Below, in pieces: positions 20,599 through 31,850 of a DNA stretch of 64,000 nt; within the stretch, counting starts at the first letter, position 1, and every line of letters begins with the position of its first letter. Both the position numbers and the translations under genes were made by a program. Under the pieces are notes generated by a model. The model was not told where the DNA came from. It did not search any database and saw only the letters and a program-made list of their open reading frames with translations. Origin of the DNA: Gammaproteobacteria bacterium (GTDB taxonomy: Bacteria; Pseudomonadota; Gammaproteobacteria; Steroidobacterales; Foliamicaceae); the NCBI GenBank assembly GCA_009845905.1, contig VXYS01000013.1, positions 98,924 to 162,923 on the forward strand, given 5' to 3'.

Positions 20599-21627
20599 CT
20601 AGTAACTGCGCTCCGCCGCGAACCGCGCCAGCGATTTCAACACTTCGCGAAAGCGGTTTTCGGGCAGGGCGGACAGGGCATCCGCGGCGCGCTGCGAAGC
20701 TTCACGTGCGCGCCCGGCGGCGTATTTTAGCGCCCCCGTGGATTCGATCGCTTCCATGACGCCGGAAAGGTTGCCCAGACCCCCGGTACGCAGGGCATCG
20801 CGCAGCACGCTCTGCTGTGCGGGAGACCCGACCCGCATGGCATGAAGCATGGGCAGGGTCGTCTTTCCCTCCTTCAGGTCGGTGCCGACGTTCTTGCCGA
20901 ACGCTTCCTCGCCGCCGGAGTAATCCAGCACGTCGTCGGTGATCTGGTAGGCCATCCCGAGCTCGAGCCCGTAGCGGGCGGCCGCGTCTTCGACATCCCT
21001 GTCGCTGTGCGCCAGGATGGCGCCGATCCGCGCACAGGCCTCGAACAGGGAGGCGGTCTTGCGCCGAATGACCTCGAGGTACTGCTCTTCGGTCACGGCC
21101 AACTCGTTCAGATTCATCAGTTGCATGACTTCGCCTTCGGCGATCTGGTTGGTGGTGGACGCGAGGACCTCCACGGCCCGGCGCTGCTCGAGCAGTTCGA
21201 CGATCAACTGAAACGCGCGCGAGTAGAGGAAATCGCCCACCAGGACGCTGGCCGCGGGCCCGTGCAGCACGTTGGCCGCCGACTTGCCGCGGCGCATTTC
21301 CGCCTCGTCCACGACGTCGTCGTGCAGCAGCGTGGCCGAATGGATGTATTCAACGATGACGCCGGCACGTACCTGGGGGCCGCCCGGAGCGCAGCCCAGC
21401 GCGCGCGCCACAAGCATCAGCAACAGGGGGCGTATGCGCTTGCCGCCCGAGTTCAGGAGGTATTGCGCTACCCGCCCGACCAGCGGAACGTCGCTGCGCA
21501 AGTGGCTGTAGATGAGTCGGTTGAGGAGGTTGAAGTCCTTCCCCACCAACCGCAAGGCCTGCCGGAATACGTCCGAATTGGACACCGCGCCAATGATATC
21601 AATTTGCCGCCGCCAAGCGGTCGCCAA
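20599..21627 (-). CDS. ispB: Octaprenyl-diphosphate synthase (trans-polyprenyl diphosphate synthase)
   Basis: Motifs GGKRIRPLLLMLVARALG, the first Asp-rich motif LLHDDVVDE, and the second YQITDDVLDY. The start is uncertain: TTG at 21627 or GTG at 21585. Confidence 0.88.
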   Translation of the reverse strand: MATAWRRQIDIIGAVSNSDVFRQALRLVGKDFNLLNRLIYSHLRSDVPLVGRVAQYLLNSGGKRIRPLLLMLVARALGCAPGGPQVRAGVIVEYIHSATLLHDDVVDEAEMRRGKSAANVLHGPAASVLVGDFLYSRAFQLIVELLEQRRAVEVLASTTNQIAEGEVMQLMNLNELAVTEEQYLEVIRRKTASLFEACARIGAILAHSDRDVEDAAARYGLELGMAYQITDDVLDYSGGEEAFGKNVGTDLKEGKTTLPMLHAMRVGSPAQQSVLRDALRTGGLGNLSGVMEAIESTGALKYAAGRAREASQRAADALSALPENRFREVLKSLARFAAERSY

Positions 21628-21666
21628 CGGCTAGAATTCAGGCTCATTTCCTCTGGATTACCTGCA

Positions 21667-23778
21667 ATGCGTAGATCAGGCCTTTTCCTTGCGTTCGCCT
21701 TTCTTGCCGCAAGTTGCTCTCCGCCGGGGAGCGACGGACTCGAATACCCGTCCGCGGCGCGCTCCGAACAGCAGGACGACTATTTCGGCGTTCAGGTTTC
21801 CGACCCCTATCGCTGGATGGAGGAGATGGACGCTCCCGATACCGCGGCCTGGATCGCGGCCCAGAACCAACTGGTCGAGCCCTACCTGGCGTCGATTGAA
21901 TTGAGAGAGCGGCTCAAGGACAGGCTGACCGAGGTCTGGAACTATCCGCGCCGCTCCGCGCCCTGGCGCGAAGGACCCTGGTATTTCGAGTTCCGCAACG
22001 ACGGCCTTCAGAACCACAGCGTGCTTTACGTGCGCGACGGCCTTGACGGCGAAGCGCGGATACTGCTCGATCCCAACTCCTGGAGCGAGGACGGGACGGT
22101 CAGCCTGGCGGGCAACTCCGTAAGTCCCAGCGGCCGCTACATCGCCTATGCGAAGTCCGACGGCGGTTCCGACTGGCGCGACTGGCACGTTAGCGAAGTC
22201 GCAACCGGCGAGGACTTGCCTGATCACCTGACCTACACCAAGTTCAGCGGCGTTTCCTGGACTCCGGACGAGCGCGGCTTCTACTACAGCCGTTACCCGG
22301 CGGACGAGCAGGGCGCCGGCGACGACAAGAAGGCCGTGTCGGTGTACTTTCACGAACTCGGGACAGACCAGGCCAACGACCGGGTCGTGCTTCAAATGCC
22401 GCCGGACGAAGGCCGCAACGCCTACGCGGCCGTCACCGAGGACGGCGCCTACCTGATCGTCATATTGCAGGAGGGCTATCTGAGCAACGCGGTCCACTAC
22501 CGGCGCATGGACGAACCGGATTCGGCGATACGGCCGTTGCTGGACGAATGGGACGCCATATACAGCTACGTCGCGAACGAGGGCGATACCTTCTTCTTCT
22601 CGACCAACCGGGACGCGCCGCGCCGCAAGGTAATTTCACTGGACATCGACAGCCCGCAGGAGTGGACCGAAGTCATTCCCGAGAGCGAGAACACCTTGCT
22701 GAATATCAGCGCGGTGGGCGGGCGGCTGATCGCCTCCTATTTGCAGGACGTCAAGCCGCTGGTGCTCGTGCGTGAGGTCGACGGCAGCCTGGTCGAGCAG
22801 ATCGAACTGCCCGGCATCGGTTCGGTGAGCGGCTTCGGCGGCAAATGGGACGATCCCGAAACGTTCTACAACTTCTCCGGCTTTACCGATCCCGGCGCCA
22901 TTTACCGCTACGACGTGGGCACGGGCGAGAGCACACTGCACCACCGTACCGTAACGTCGATCGACGGCACGCAGTTCGTGACCCGCCAGGTCTTCTACGA
23001 CAGCAAGGACGGCACCCGGGTCCCGATGTTCCTCGTGCACCGCAGGGACCTGGAAAGGACCGGCGATCACCCCACGCTGCTGTACGGCTACGGCGGCTTC
23101 AACATATCGCTGAGGCCCGTTTACAGCAGCTCCCGCCTGGTGTGGCTGGAGCTCGGCGGCATGCTCGCGATCCCCAACCTGCGCGGCGGCGGCGAATACG
23201 GACGCGAGTGGCACCTGGCGGGTACCCGCGAGCGCAAGCAGAACGTGTTCGACGATTTCATCGCGGCGGCGCAGTGGCTGATCGACGAGGGCTACACGAT
23301 GCCGTCGCGGCTCGTCATACAGGGCAGCAGCAACGGCGGCCTGCTGGTGGGCGCCGTGATGACCCAGCGCCCGGACCTGTTCGGCGCGGCGCTGCCGGAC
23401 GTGGGCGTGCTCGACATGCTTCGCTACCACACGCCCAGCGCCAACGCGCGCGCCTGGTCGGACGATTACGGTCTGTCGGAGAACGAAGCGGATTTTCGCG
23501 CCCAGTATGCCTATTCGCCGGTGCACCGCGTTGACGAGGGCATCTGCTATCCGCCAACTCTGGTCACGACCGCAGATCATGACGACCGGGTCGTGCCCTG
23601 GCACAGCTACAAGTTCGCCGCGGCGCTGCAGCATGCCCAGGGCTGCGCCAGGCCGGTGCTGATCCGCATCGAGACGCGCGCGGGACACGGCGCCGGCACG
23701 CCCACCTGGATGCGGATCGAGGACGTAGCCAACCAGTTCGCGTTCGCCGCCGACGCGGTCGGGCTGGACGGCAGATAG
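21667..23778 (+). CDS. Prolyl oligopeptidase (S9A serine peptidase), probable lipoprotein
   Basis: Start at the ATG at 21667 (MRRSGLFLAFAFLAASCSPP). Motifs include DPYRWMEEMD, a beta-propeller region, and the catalytic-Ser context QGSSNGGLLVGA. The track ORF from 20842 is an artefactual extension antisense to ispB. Confidence 0.88.
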   Translation: MRRSGLFLAFAFLAASCSPPGSDGLEYPSAARSEQQDDYFGVQVSDPYRWMEEMDAPDTAAWIAAQNQLVEPYLASIELRERLKDRLTEVWNYPRRSAPWREGPWYFEFRNDGLQNHSVLYVRDGLDGEARILLDPNSWSEDGTVSLAGNSVSPSGRYIAYAKSDGGSDWRDWHVSEVATGEDLPDHLTYTKFSGVSWTPDERGFYYSRYPADEQGAGDDKKAVSVYFHELGTDQANDRVVLQMPPDEGRNAYAAVTEDGAYLIVILQEGYLSNAVHYRRMDEPDSAIRPLLDEWDAIYSYVANEGDTFFFSTNRDAPRRKVISLDIDSPQEWTEVIPESENTLLNISAVGGRLIASYLQDVKPLVLVREVDGSLVEQIELPGIGSVSGFGGKWDDPETFYNFSGFTDPGAIYRYDVGTGESTLHHRTVTSIDGTQFVTRQVFYDSKDGTRVPMFLVHRRDLERTGDHPTLLYGYGGFNISLRPVYSSSRLVWLELGGMLAIPNLRGGGEYGREWHLAGTRERKQNVFDDFIAAAQWLIDEGYTMPSRLVIQGSSNGGLLVGAVMTQRPDLFGAALPDVGVLDMLRYHTPSANARAWSDDYGLSENEADFRAQYAYSPVHRVDEGICYPPTLVTTADHDDRVVPWHSYKFAAALQHAQGCARPVLIRIETRAGHGAGTPTWMRIEDVANQFAFAADAVGLDGR

Positions 23779-23845
23779 ATTGTCCAGCCGGGGGCTTGAG
23801 CGGATATAATCGCGCCCCGGCCAGTCAGGTTCCCGGAGAGTCCAG

Positions 23846-24301
23846 ATGTTTGCGGTGATCGCCACCGGCGGCAAGCAGTATTGCGTTTCCGAAGGTCAGC
23901 GGGTGCGCGTCGAGCGCCTCAGCGCCGATGTCGGCGACGAACTGCGCTTCGACGCGATGCTGATCGGCGGGCAGGAAGGCTCGGAGACGCGAATCGCGAC
24001 TTCGGGCAAGCCGGTGGGCCAGGTTCGGGCCACCGTCTGTGAGCATGGCCGGGCGAAAAAGATTGAAGTGATCAAGTTCAAGCGGCGCAAGGACTATCGC
24101 CGCACGCTGGGGCATCGCCAGCAATTCACGACCGTGGAGATTGCCGGCATCGATCTGCCGAAGGCGCCCGCGAAGAAGGCTCCGGCGAAAAAGGCGCCCG
24201 CGAATCAGGCCGCCGACAAGAAAGCCCCGGCGAAGAAAACCGCTGCCAGGAAGGCCCCGGCGAAGAAAGCCGCGGCGGACAAGGCGGGCGAGGAGAGTTG
24301 A
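23846..24301 (+). CDS. rplU: 50S ribosomal protein L21 with a Lys/Ala/Pro-rich C-terminal extension
   Basis: [25 protein letters not shown]...[22 protein letters not shown] is a canonical L21 core of about 103 aa. It is followed by [46 protein letters not shown]. Confidence 0.93.
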   Translation: MFAVIATGGKQYCVSEGQRVRVERLSADVGDELRFDAMLIGGQEGSETRIATSGKPVGQVRATVCEHGRAKKIEVIKFKRRKDYRRTLGHRQQFTTVEIAGIDLPKAPAKKAPAKKAPANQAADKKAPAKKTAARKAPAKKAAADKAGEES

Positions 24302-24304
24302 CCT

Positions 24305-24562
24305 ATGGCGCATAAGAAAGCTGCGGGCAGTTCCCGCAACGGCCGCGATTCCGAATCGAAGCGGCTGGGAATCAAGAAGTTCGGCGGCGAGCAGGTGCTG
24401 GCCGGCAATATCCTCGTGCGCCAGCGCGGGACCGCCTTTCATGCCGGCCCCAACGTGGGCCTGGGACGCGATCACACCCTGTTCGCCACCAGCGACGGCG
24501 TCGTTCGCTACGAGCGCAAGGGCCCGGCAAACCGCCGCTTCGTCTCCGTAATCCCCTCCTGA
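24305..24562 (+). CDS. rpmA: 50S ribosomal protein L27
   Basis: [29 protein letters not shown]...RQRGT.FHAG.NVG is a canonical L27 sequence. Confidence 0.95.
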   Translation: MAHKKAAGSSRNGRDSESKRLGIKKFGGEQVLAGNILVRQRGTAFHAGPNVGLGRDHTLFATSDGVVRYERKGPANRRFVSVIPS

Positions 24563-24563
24563 T

Positions 24564-24640
24564 CCCGGGAGCGAGGGCGTCCCGCCCTCAACCCTGGGAT
24601 AGAGGGCGTCCCGCCCTCCGGGAAGGCGAGACGCCTTCCC
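24564..24640. repeat. Three tandem GC-rich REP-like hairpins
   Basis: GAGGGCG-TCC-CGCCCTC occurs at 24573-24589 and again at 24602-24618, and GGGAAGGCG-AGA-CGCCTTCCC at 24620-24640. They are preceded by CCCGGGAGCGAGGGC, a prefix also present at 26058-26072. Confidence 0.85.
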
Positions 24641-24678
24641 TCCGGCCTCCCATCCCAAGCCGCTCCCACCCGTGGTAG

Positions 24679-26056
<1,378 letters not shown>

Positions 26057-26083
26057 CCCCGGGAGCGAGGGCATGTCCCTCGC
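26057..26083. repeat. REP-like hairpin (same prefix family as 24564-24640)
   Basis: CCCCGGGAGCGAGGG-CATGT-CCCTCGC, with a stem GCGAGGG/CCCTCGC at 26065-26083. It lies between the convergent ybjQ-like and rpsT genes. Confidence 0.75.
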
Positions 26084-26126
26084 GGCGTTCCGCCCTGAAC
26101 GCGAAAGACTCTGGAACTGCCGGCGC

Positions 26127-26396
26127 CTAGTCGGCGCTGAGGGCTTGCAGGCGTTTGTTGAGGCGGCTCTTGTGGCGGGCGGCCTTGTTGGCGTGGATGA
26201 TGCCCTTGCCGACCATGGAGTCGATGACGGGTCTGGCTTGCTCGTAGGCGGCCGCGGCTTTTTCGGCGTCGCCGGAGTCGAGGGCTCGGACAGTCCTGGA
26301 TATGGCGGTGCGCAGTTCGGAGCGCGCCGACATATTGCGCGCGCGGCGGCCGACGGCCTGGCGGGCGCGCTTGGAGGCTTGTGCTGAATTCGCCAT
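26127..26396 (-). CDS. rpsT: 30S ribosomal protein S20
   Basis: MANSAQASKRARQAVGRRARNMSARSELRTAI...IHANKAARHKSRL. The start is at the internal ATG at 26396, because the track ORF to 26492 is over-extended. Confidence 0.92.
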   Translation of the reverse strand: MANSAQASKRARQAVGRRARNMSARSELRTAISRTVRALDSGDAEKAAAAYEQARPVIDSMVGKGIIHANKAARHKSRLNKRLQALSAD

Positions 26397-26477
26397 GGGC
26401 GCGCATTGTAGCCGAAGCGCCCGCGCCTGTGAGCCTGTTGGTGTCCAGTTTGCACGGAGGATTCGGGGGCTGCTATC

Positions 26478-27701
26478 GTGCCGCGACAGCAATCGCCGGG
26501 GCCGGCCATTCTTTCCGACCTGCTCAGCCGCAACATTCTGATCCTGCTCGTGGCGCAGGCCGCTTCCGTTACCGGTACGGTCGCGATCGTTACGGTGGGT
26601 GGAATCCTGGGCCGCAATCTGGCGGGGAACCCGGCACTGGCCACGCTGCCGCTGTCGATGCTGATCGTCGCCACGGCGCTTTCCACCATCGTTGCCGCTT
26701 CGATTATGTCCCGTATCGGGCGGCCCCGGGGTTTTGCTCTGGGCTCGGCCCTCGGCGCCGCGGGAGCGGGGTGCGCCTGGGCCGCCACTGTGGTGGGGAG
26801 CTTCGCCCTGTTCTGCCTGGGTTCAATACTCATAGGCTGCGCCACGGCCTTCGCGCAGCAGTACCGGTTCGCCGCCACGGAGAGCGTCAGGCCTGCTGCG
26901 GCGCCTACGGCGGTCGCGGTGGTGCTGACGGGCTCGATGGCCGGCGCGATACTGGGCCCCAGCCTGGTTGCGCGCGGCGAGTCCTGGATTGCCGGCGCGC
27001 AGTTCGGCGGCAGCTTCGCGGCGATGGCGGCTTGCTACGCGCTGGCCGGCGCCGTTCTCCTGGCGCTGCGCCCGGCCTCGTCTAAAGCGCGGGAGGAATC
27101 CGGCGGCGACGTCCGCCCACTGAGGAACATTGCCGAGAGCCGGCTGTTCATTGTGGCCGTGGTCGGCGCGGCGATGGGGCAGGGCGTCATGGCCTTCATG
27201 ATGACGGCGGCCCCGTTGGCCATGCACGTCGTTGACGGGCATTCCCTGGCCGCGACGGCGGCGATCATCCAGGCGCATGTGCTGGCGATGTACGCGCCGT
27301 CGCTCGTTGCCGGGGGGCTGATCACGCGATTCGGCGCCGGGCGCGTCATGATGGCGGGCGCGGTTCTTCTTGGCGTGACACTTGCCGCGGGGCTGGCGGG
27401 CCGGGAGGTCATGCACTACGGGATTGCCATGGTGGCGCTGGGTTTCGGCTGGAATTTCCTGTATGTGGGCGGAACGACGCTGCTGGCGCGCTCCTATCGA
27501 CCGGCGGAACGTTTTCGCGTCCAGGGCCTCAACGATTTCATCGTGCTGGGATGCGCGGCTGTGGGATCTCTGAGCGCCGGGGCGGTGATGCAGCTTCTGG
27601 GCTGGGACGCCGTGCTGTACGCTTCCATGCCTGCGATCATGCTGGCGATGGCGGCGATTATCTGGGCTCGGCCGGATCGTGAACGCGTGGTTGCGGGCTG
27701 A
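26478..27701 (+). CDS. MFS transporter
   Basis: 407-aa protein with about 12 TM segments and a typical MFS two-halves layout. Substrate is unknown. It has a GTG start. Confidence 0.75.
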   Translation: MPRQQSPGPAILSDLLSRNILILLVAQAASVTGTVAIVTVGGILGRNLAGNPALATLPLSMLIVATALSTIVAASIMSRIGRPRGFALGSALGAAGAGCAWAATVVGSFALFCLGSILIGCATAFAQQYRFAATESVRPAAAPTAVAVVLTGSMAGAILGPSLVARGESWIAGAQFGGSFAAMAACYALAGAVLLALRPASSKAREESGGDVRPLRNIAESRLFIVAVVGAAMGQGVMAFMMTAAPLAMHVVDGHSLAATAAIIQAHVLAMYAPSLVAGGLITRFGAGRVMMAGAVLLGVTLAAGLAGREVMHYGIAMVALGFGWNFLYVGGTTLLARSYRPAERFRVQGLNDFIVLGCAAVGSLSAGAVMQLLGWDAVLYASMPAIMLAMAAIIWARPDRERVVAG

Positions 27702-27711
27702 AATGCCTGTC

Positions 27712-29721
27712 ATGAAATCCGTATTCGCGAAGATTCCTGTCGTGGTCATCTGGGCCGCGTTGATATGCGGTTGCGCCGCGGTTGCGCCACGCGACATCGC
27801 AAGCGGTCCGGAAGCGTCGCGGTATTCGGCCGCCATGCCGGCCGGGGGCCTCGTGCATTACACGGAAGAGCGCGAAGCCTGTGCGAATCGAAACCCCTAT
27901 CGCAACGCCTACTTCGGCGATCTGCACGTCCATACTTCCTATTCCTACGACGCCCGGCCCCTGGGCGTGACGACGCTGCCGGCGGACGCATACCGCTACG
28001 CGCGCGGCGAGGAAATCCAGCTACCTCCCTATGAGGAGGGCGGGGAATTGGTGCCGGTCCGGAAGATCGGTCCCGCACTGGACTTTGCCGCCGTCACCGA
28101 CCACGCGGAGTTCTTCGGCGAACACGCCCTGTGCGCGGACGCCAGCAGCGAGGCCTACGGCAGCCGAAGCTGCGAGGCCATCCGCAGCGGCGGCCCCACC
28201 GCGATCCTGGTCCTGGTGCGAGGCCTGTCGAGAGACGTCCCGACGCGCAGCGCGGACATCTGCGGCGACGACGGCGCCCGTTGCGCGGAAGCCGCCCGGA
28301 CGTACTGGGAGCGCACCCGCGAGATGGCGGAAGCGGCCTACGACCGCTCCTCGAACTGCGGCTTCACGAGCTTCGTAGCCTATGAGCACAGCGCCAGCCG
28401 CGACAACAACTCCTACCATCGCAACGTGATCTTTCGCAACGACAAGGTGCCGGAGTTGCCGATTTCCACCTTCGAGGCGCCGACTGACAGGGAGCTGTTC
28501 GACCTGCTGGGCGTCGAGTGCCTCGAGGGCCTGGCGGGATGCGATGTGCTATCCATACCGCACAGTTCCAACCTGAGTTCCGGGGTCCTGTTTACCTCCG
28601 CTGTCGATGGATCGGATTCCGCCCGGGCCGCAACAATCGCGGCGCGGCAGCGCAATCTGCTGGAGCCGATCGTGGAAATCTTTCAGCACAAGGGCAGCGC
28701 GGAGTGCTTCAACGGGCTTCCCGGCATCCTGGGCGGGCCGGACGAGTTGTGCGACATGGAAGAACTGCGCCGGTATTACCGGGGATTGCCGGCGGAGGAC
28801 AACCCGCCGCCGTTCTGCGGCGAAGGCGAGACGGGGATGGGCGCCAGCCTGAACGCCGGATGCGTTTCCAGGAACGACTATTACCGCGGCATTCTCCTGA
28901 CCGGCCTGCAAATCGGTCGACGGCTTGGCGCCAATCCCTACAAGTTCGGCGTTATCGGCTCGACGGACACGCATCTGTCCACGTCCGGCGACGTCGATGA
29001 GAGCGGTTGGCGCGGCCATACCGTTTCCGAGACCGATCTCGGCGAGCGCCTCACGCCCAGCCCCGTGCATCCGATCGGACTGTATACGAATCCGGGCGGC
29101 CTGGCGGGCGTCTGGGCGGTCGAGAACTCGCGCGACGCCCTGTTCGAAGCGCTGAAGCGGCGCGAAGTGTTCGGGACGACCGGTCCCCGCATCCGGCCGC
29201 GTTTCTTCGGCGGTTGGGACTATTCCGAAGACGCCTGCAAGTCCGTGGCGGAAACCGGGTACGCGAAAGGCGTGCCGATGGGAGAGGACCTGCCTGCCGG
29301 CCCAACCGGCTCTTCGCCGCGCTTTCTGGTGGTGGCCGGGCGCGATCTCGAAAGCGCGCCCCTGCTGCGTCTGCAGGTGATCAAGGGCTGGGTGGACGAC
29401 AACGACCAGGCACACTACAAGGTGTTTGATGTCGCCGGAGATTCCGAGTCCAGCGGCGCGATAGATCCGGAAACGGGAGTCTGGAGCGGCCCCGGACACG
29501 ATGCGCTTTGCGGCGTGTTCGAGGACCCTGAATTCGATCCGGATGAGCCGAGCTACTACTACATGCGGGCGGTGGAGACGCCGTCGCTGCGGTGGAGTTG
29601 GCGCCAGTGTCTGGAACTGCCGGTTGACGCGCGTCCGGCGGAATGCGCAAATACGGCGCCCAAAATCATTCGGGAGCTGGCCTGGAGTTCGCCCATCTGG
29701 TACACGCCCGGCGACAGTTAG
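27712..29721 (+). CDS. DUF3604 family protein (PHP-like metal-dependent hydrolase fold), probable lipoprotein
   Basis: MKSVFAKIPVVVIWAALICGCAA is the leader. It is followed by YFGDLHVHTSYSYDA, DFAAVTDHAEF, YEHSAS and IGSTDTHLS, a metal-ligand-like motif set typical of DUF3604. The start could also be 27679. Confidence 0.7.
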   Translation: MKSVFAKIPVVVIWAALICGCAAVAPRDIASGPEASRYSAAMPAGGLVHYTEEREACANRNPYRNAYFGDLHVHTSYSYDARPLGVTTLPADAYRYARGEEIQLPPYEEGGELVPVRKIGPALDFAAVTDHAEFFGEHALCADASSEAYGSRSCEAIRSGGPTAILVLVRGLSRDVPTRSADICGDDGARCAEAARTYWERTREMAEAAYDRSSNCGFTSFVAYEHSASRDNNSYHRNVIFRNDKVPELPISTFEAPTDRELFDLLGVECLEGLAGCDVLSIPHSSNLSSGVLFTSAVDGSDSARAATIAARQRNLLEPIVEIFQHKGSAECFNGLPGILGGPDELCDMEELRRYYRGLPAEDNPPPFCGEGETGMGASLNAGCVSRNDYYRGILLTGLQIGRRLGANPYKFGVIGSTDTHLSTSGDVDESGWRGHTVSETDLGERLTPSPVHPIGLYTNPGGLAGVWAVENSRDALFEALKRREVFGTTGPRIRPRFFGGWDYSEDACKSVAETGYAKGVPMGEDLPAGPTGSSPRFLVVAGRDLESAPLLRLQVIKGWVDDNDQAHYKVFDVAGDSESSGAIDPETGVWSGPGHDALCGVFEDPEFDPDEPSYYYMRAVETPSLRWSWRQCLELPVDARPAECANTAPKIIRELAWSSPIWYTPGDS

Positions 29722-29739
29722 CCCGGATAAAATTCCGGA

Positions 29740-30711
29740 ATGAGCAATGCAATTCAGGTAGACCGGGCGGGCGGCCCGGAAGTGATGGAGTGGCGCGCCG
29801 TCGATGTGGGCGCTCCCGGACCCGGCGAACTGCTTATCGGTAACCGGGCCATCGGTTTCAACTTTATTGACACCTACTTTCGCACAGGCGTCTATCCGCT
29901 GGAATATCCGAGCGGACTGGGCTCCGAAGGCGCGGGCGAAGTGCTGGCGGTAGGCGAGGGTGTCGAAGGGTTCGCCCCGGGAGATCGGGTGGCCTATTGC
30001 ACGCCGCCGATAGGGGCCTATTCGGAGGAAAGAGTTTATCCCGCGGACCGTACCGTGCCTCTTCCGGATTCCGTCAGCTACGAGCAGGCCGCCGCCATGA
30101 TGCTGAAAGGACTGACGAGCTGGTACCTGCTGCACCACAGCTACCCGGTGCAGGAAGGCGACGATGTACTGCTGTATGCGGCTGCCGGGGGCGTAGGGCA
30201 GATCGCCGCGCAGTGGGCGGCGCTTCTGGGAGCGCGCGTCATCGGCATCGTGGGCAGCAGCGGCAAGGTGGACGAGGCGCGCCGGGCAGGCTGCGCCGAT
30301 GTCGTGCTGGCCGACGATCCGGATCTCGTGGCCAGGGTGCGGGAACTGAGCGGGGGCGGCGTGGCTGCTGTCTATGACTCGCTGGGGAAGGACACGTTCA
30401 TGCAGTCGCTGGACTGCCTGCGTCCGCTCGGCACGATGGTCACTTTCGGCAATGCGACCGGCCTGGTGGAGCCGATCGCGCCCATTGATCTGGCGCGGCG
30501 CGGCTCATTGAAGCTGACCCGGCCGATCCTGTTCGATTTCGTGTCGACCGAGGAGCAACTGCGCAACGCGGCCGCAACGTTGTTCGAGCAGGTCGGATCA
30601 GGCGCCCTCTCGATCAAGATCGGTCAGCGCTACCCCTTGCAGGAAGTGGCCCGGGCGCACCGCGACGCCGAGGGCCGGCGCACCACCGGCTCTACGATTC
30701 TGCTTCCCTGA
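29740..30711 (+). CDS. qor: NADPH:quinone oxidoreductase (zeta-crystallin/Qor type MDR)
   Basis: GGPEVMEWRAVDVGAPGPGELLIGNRAIGFNFIDTYFRTGVYP and AAAGGVGQIAAQWA. It is collinear with E. coli Qor. Confidence 0.85.
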   Translation: MSNAIQVDRAGGPEVMEWRAVDVGAPGPGELLIGNRAIGFNFIDTYFRTGVYPLEYPSGLGSEGAGEVLAVGEGVEGFAPGDRVAYCTPPIGAYSEERVYPADRTVPLPDSVSYEQAAAMMLKGLTSWYLLHHSYPVQEGDDVLLYAAAGGVGQIAAQWAALLGARVIGIVGSSGKVDEARRAGCADVVLADDPDLVARVRELSGGGVAAVYDSLGKDTFMQSLDCLRPLGTMVTFGNATGLVEPIAPIDLARRGSLKLTRPILFDFVSTEEQLRNAAATLFEQVGSGALSIKIGQRYPLQEVARAHRDAEGRRTTGSTILLP

Positions 30712-30728
30712 GCGAAACGGTACGGGAG

Positions 30729-30834
30729 CCGTTCGTTACCTCCCTTCTTCCGGGAGTTTGTGAGCCAGGGATGGCGGAACAAAGCTCCATGGATGGATTC
30801 ATGCGTCTCCCGGAAGAAGGGAGGTAGCGAACGG
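30729..30834. repeat. MITE/REP-like palindromic element related to 4833-4998
   Basis: 27-nt inverted termini CGTTCGTTACCTCCCTTCTTCCGGGAG (30730-30756) and CTCCCGGAAGAAGGGAGGTAGCGAACG (30807-30833) match at 26 of 27 positions. On the opposite strand the core contains GCCATCCCTGGCTCA, compared with GCCATCCTGGCTCGA in the 4.9-kb element. It sits between convergent genes. Confidence 0.8.
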
Positions 30835-30854
30835 CGGAATAGAAGCGCCTCCCG

Positions 30855-31850
30855 TCAGGCGTTGGGCAGGACGATGATCTTGCCGTCGCGGGCCGAGCCG
30901 GTGCGTCCGGCGTGGGCGAAGGCTTCACGCCATTCATCCAGCGTGTAGCGGGCGGCGATCTTTGCGCTCAGGCGCCCGTCGGCCGCCATCAGCGCGATCT
31001 CCTCCTGTAACTCGTCGATTTCCGCTTCGGTGCGGGTCGCGAAACAGCGTGTCGTCGACATGCCGCACAGGCGGATGTCGTGCAGGAACATCTGCCAGAA
31101 ATCGATCCGGCAGGGCTCGTCGGTCAGCGTCCCGTAATTAACGATCAGGCCGCCGTCGGCCAGGCAGTCGGCCATGCGCATGACCCCTTCTCCGGCGATG
31201 GCGTCGATCCCGAGGCGGATATCCGCCCCGCCGGTGGCCTCGCGGATGCGCGCCGGCAGGTCCGGTCCGTCCAGAACCACGGCGTCGGCGCCCAGGTCCT
31301 TCAGTTCCTGAACAACTTCCTCGCGCCGTACGAGATTGACTGTGCGATAGCCCCACTTTGCCGCCAGGACGATCAGATACCGCCCCACATTGGAATTGGC
31401 CGCGTCCTGCAGCACCCATTCGCCCTGCTCGAGGTCCACGAAGTCCTGCAGCAGCGTCCAGGCGGTTGCGCCGTTGATATTCGAAAGCACGAGCTGTTCC
31501 GCGTCACCAGCCGGCGCGCGCCGCATGCCCATGGCGTTCCTGTGGACCCGCACGTACTCGGAGAACGTGCCGCAGCCCAGCGGAAGAAACACACGGTCGC
31601 CGACTTGGTAGCCCGAATCGGCGCCGGTCTCCACAACGGTTCCCACGCCCTCGAAGCCCGGCGTGACGGGCAGGGGACGGCGTAGCGCGTCGATGCCCTG
31701 CACCAGCTTGATGTCGGCGATATGCATCGCGCTGGCTTCCAGCCTGGCGATGACCTCGCCCGGCCCCGGATCGCCGAGTTCAACCTCCTCCAGCCGCACC
31801 ACGTCAGCCGGTTCGCCGTTTTCGTCGAACCTAAGCCGGCGTGTCCGCAT
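30855..31850 (-). CDS. Medium-chain dehydrogenase/reductase (MDR) family, enoyl-reductase/quinone-reductase-like
   Basis: 331 aa with GEVIARLEASAMHIADIKLVQG and a GroES-like plus Rossmann layout (VLQDAANSNVGRYLIVLAKWGY). There is no structural-zinc Cys cluster. It overlaps the upstream gene by 20 nt. Confidence 0.7.
   Translation of the reverse strand: MRTRRLRFDENGEPADVVRLEEVELGDPGPGEVIARLEASAMHIADIKLVQGIDALRRPLPVTPGFEGVGTVVETGADSGYQVGDRVFLPLGCGTFSEYVRVHRNAMGMRRAPAGDAEQLVLSNINGATAWTLLQDFVDLEQGEWVLQDAANSNVGRYLIVLAAKWGYRTVNLVRREEVVQELKDLGADAVVLDGPDLPARIREATGGADIRLGIDAIAGEGVMRMADCLADGGLIVNYGTLTDEPCRIDFWQMFLHDIRLCGMSTTRCFATRTEAEIDELQEEIALMAADGRLSAKIAARYTLDEWREAFAHAGRTGSARDGKIIVLPNA

Noticed and set aside
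20403-20600. Integrated element, integrase or att site next to tRNA-Pro, and likewise next to tRNA-Thr at 60600
   Set aside because: I saw no integrase or recombinase ORF and no duplicated tRNA 3' segment nearby. The flanking genes are ordinary chromosomal genes.
20842-21666. N-terminal 275 aa of the 978-aa track ORF
   Set aside because: This part is antisense to ispB and has no peptidase similarity. The prolyl oligopeptidase begins with its signal peptide at the ATG at 21667.
23805-23810. Perfect TATAAT upstream of rplU as a promoter call
   Set aside because: It is a plausible -10 element. However, I could not pair it with a convincing -35 hexamer at 16-18 nt spacing, the best candidates being TGTCCA and GTCCAG. 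I therefore left it out of the feature list.
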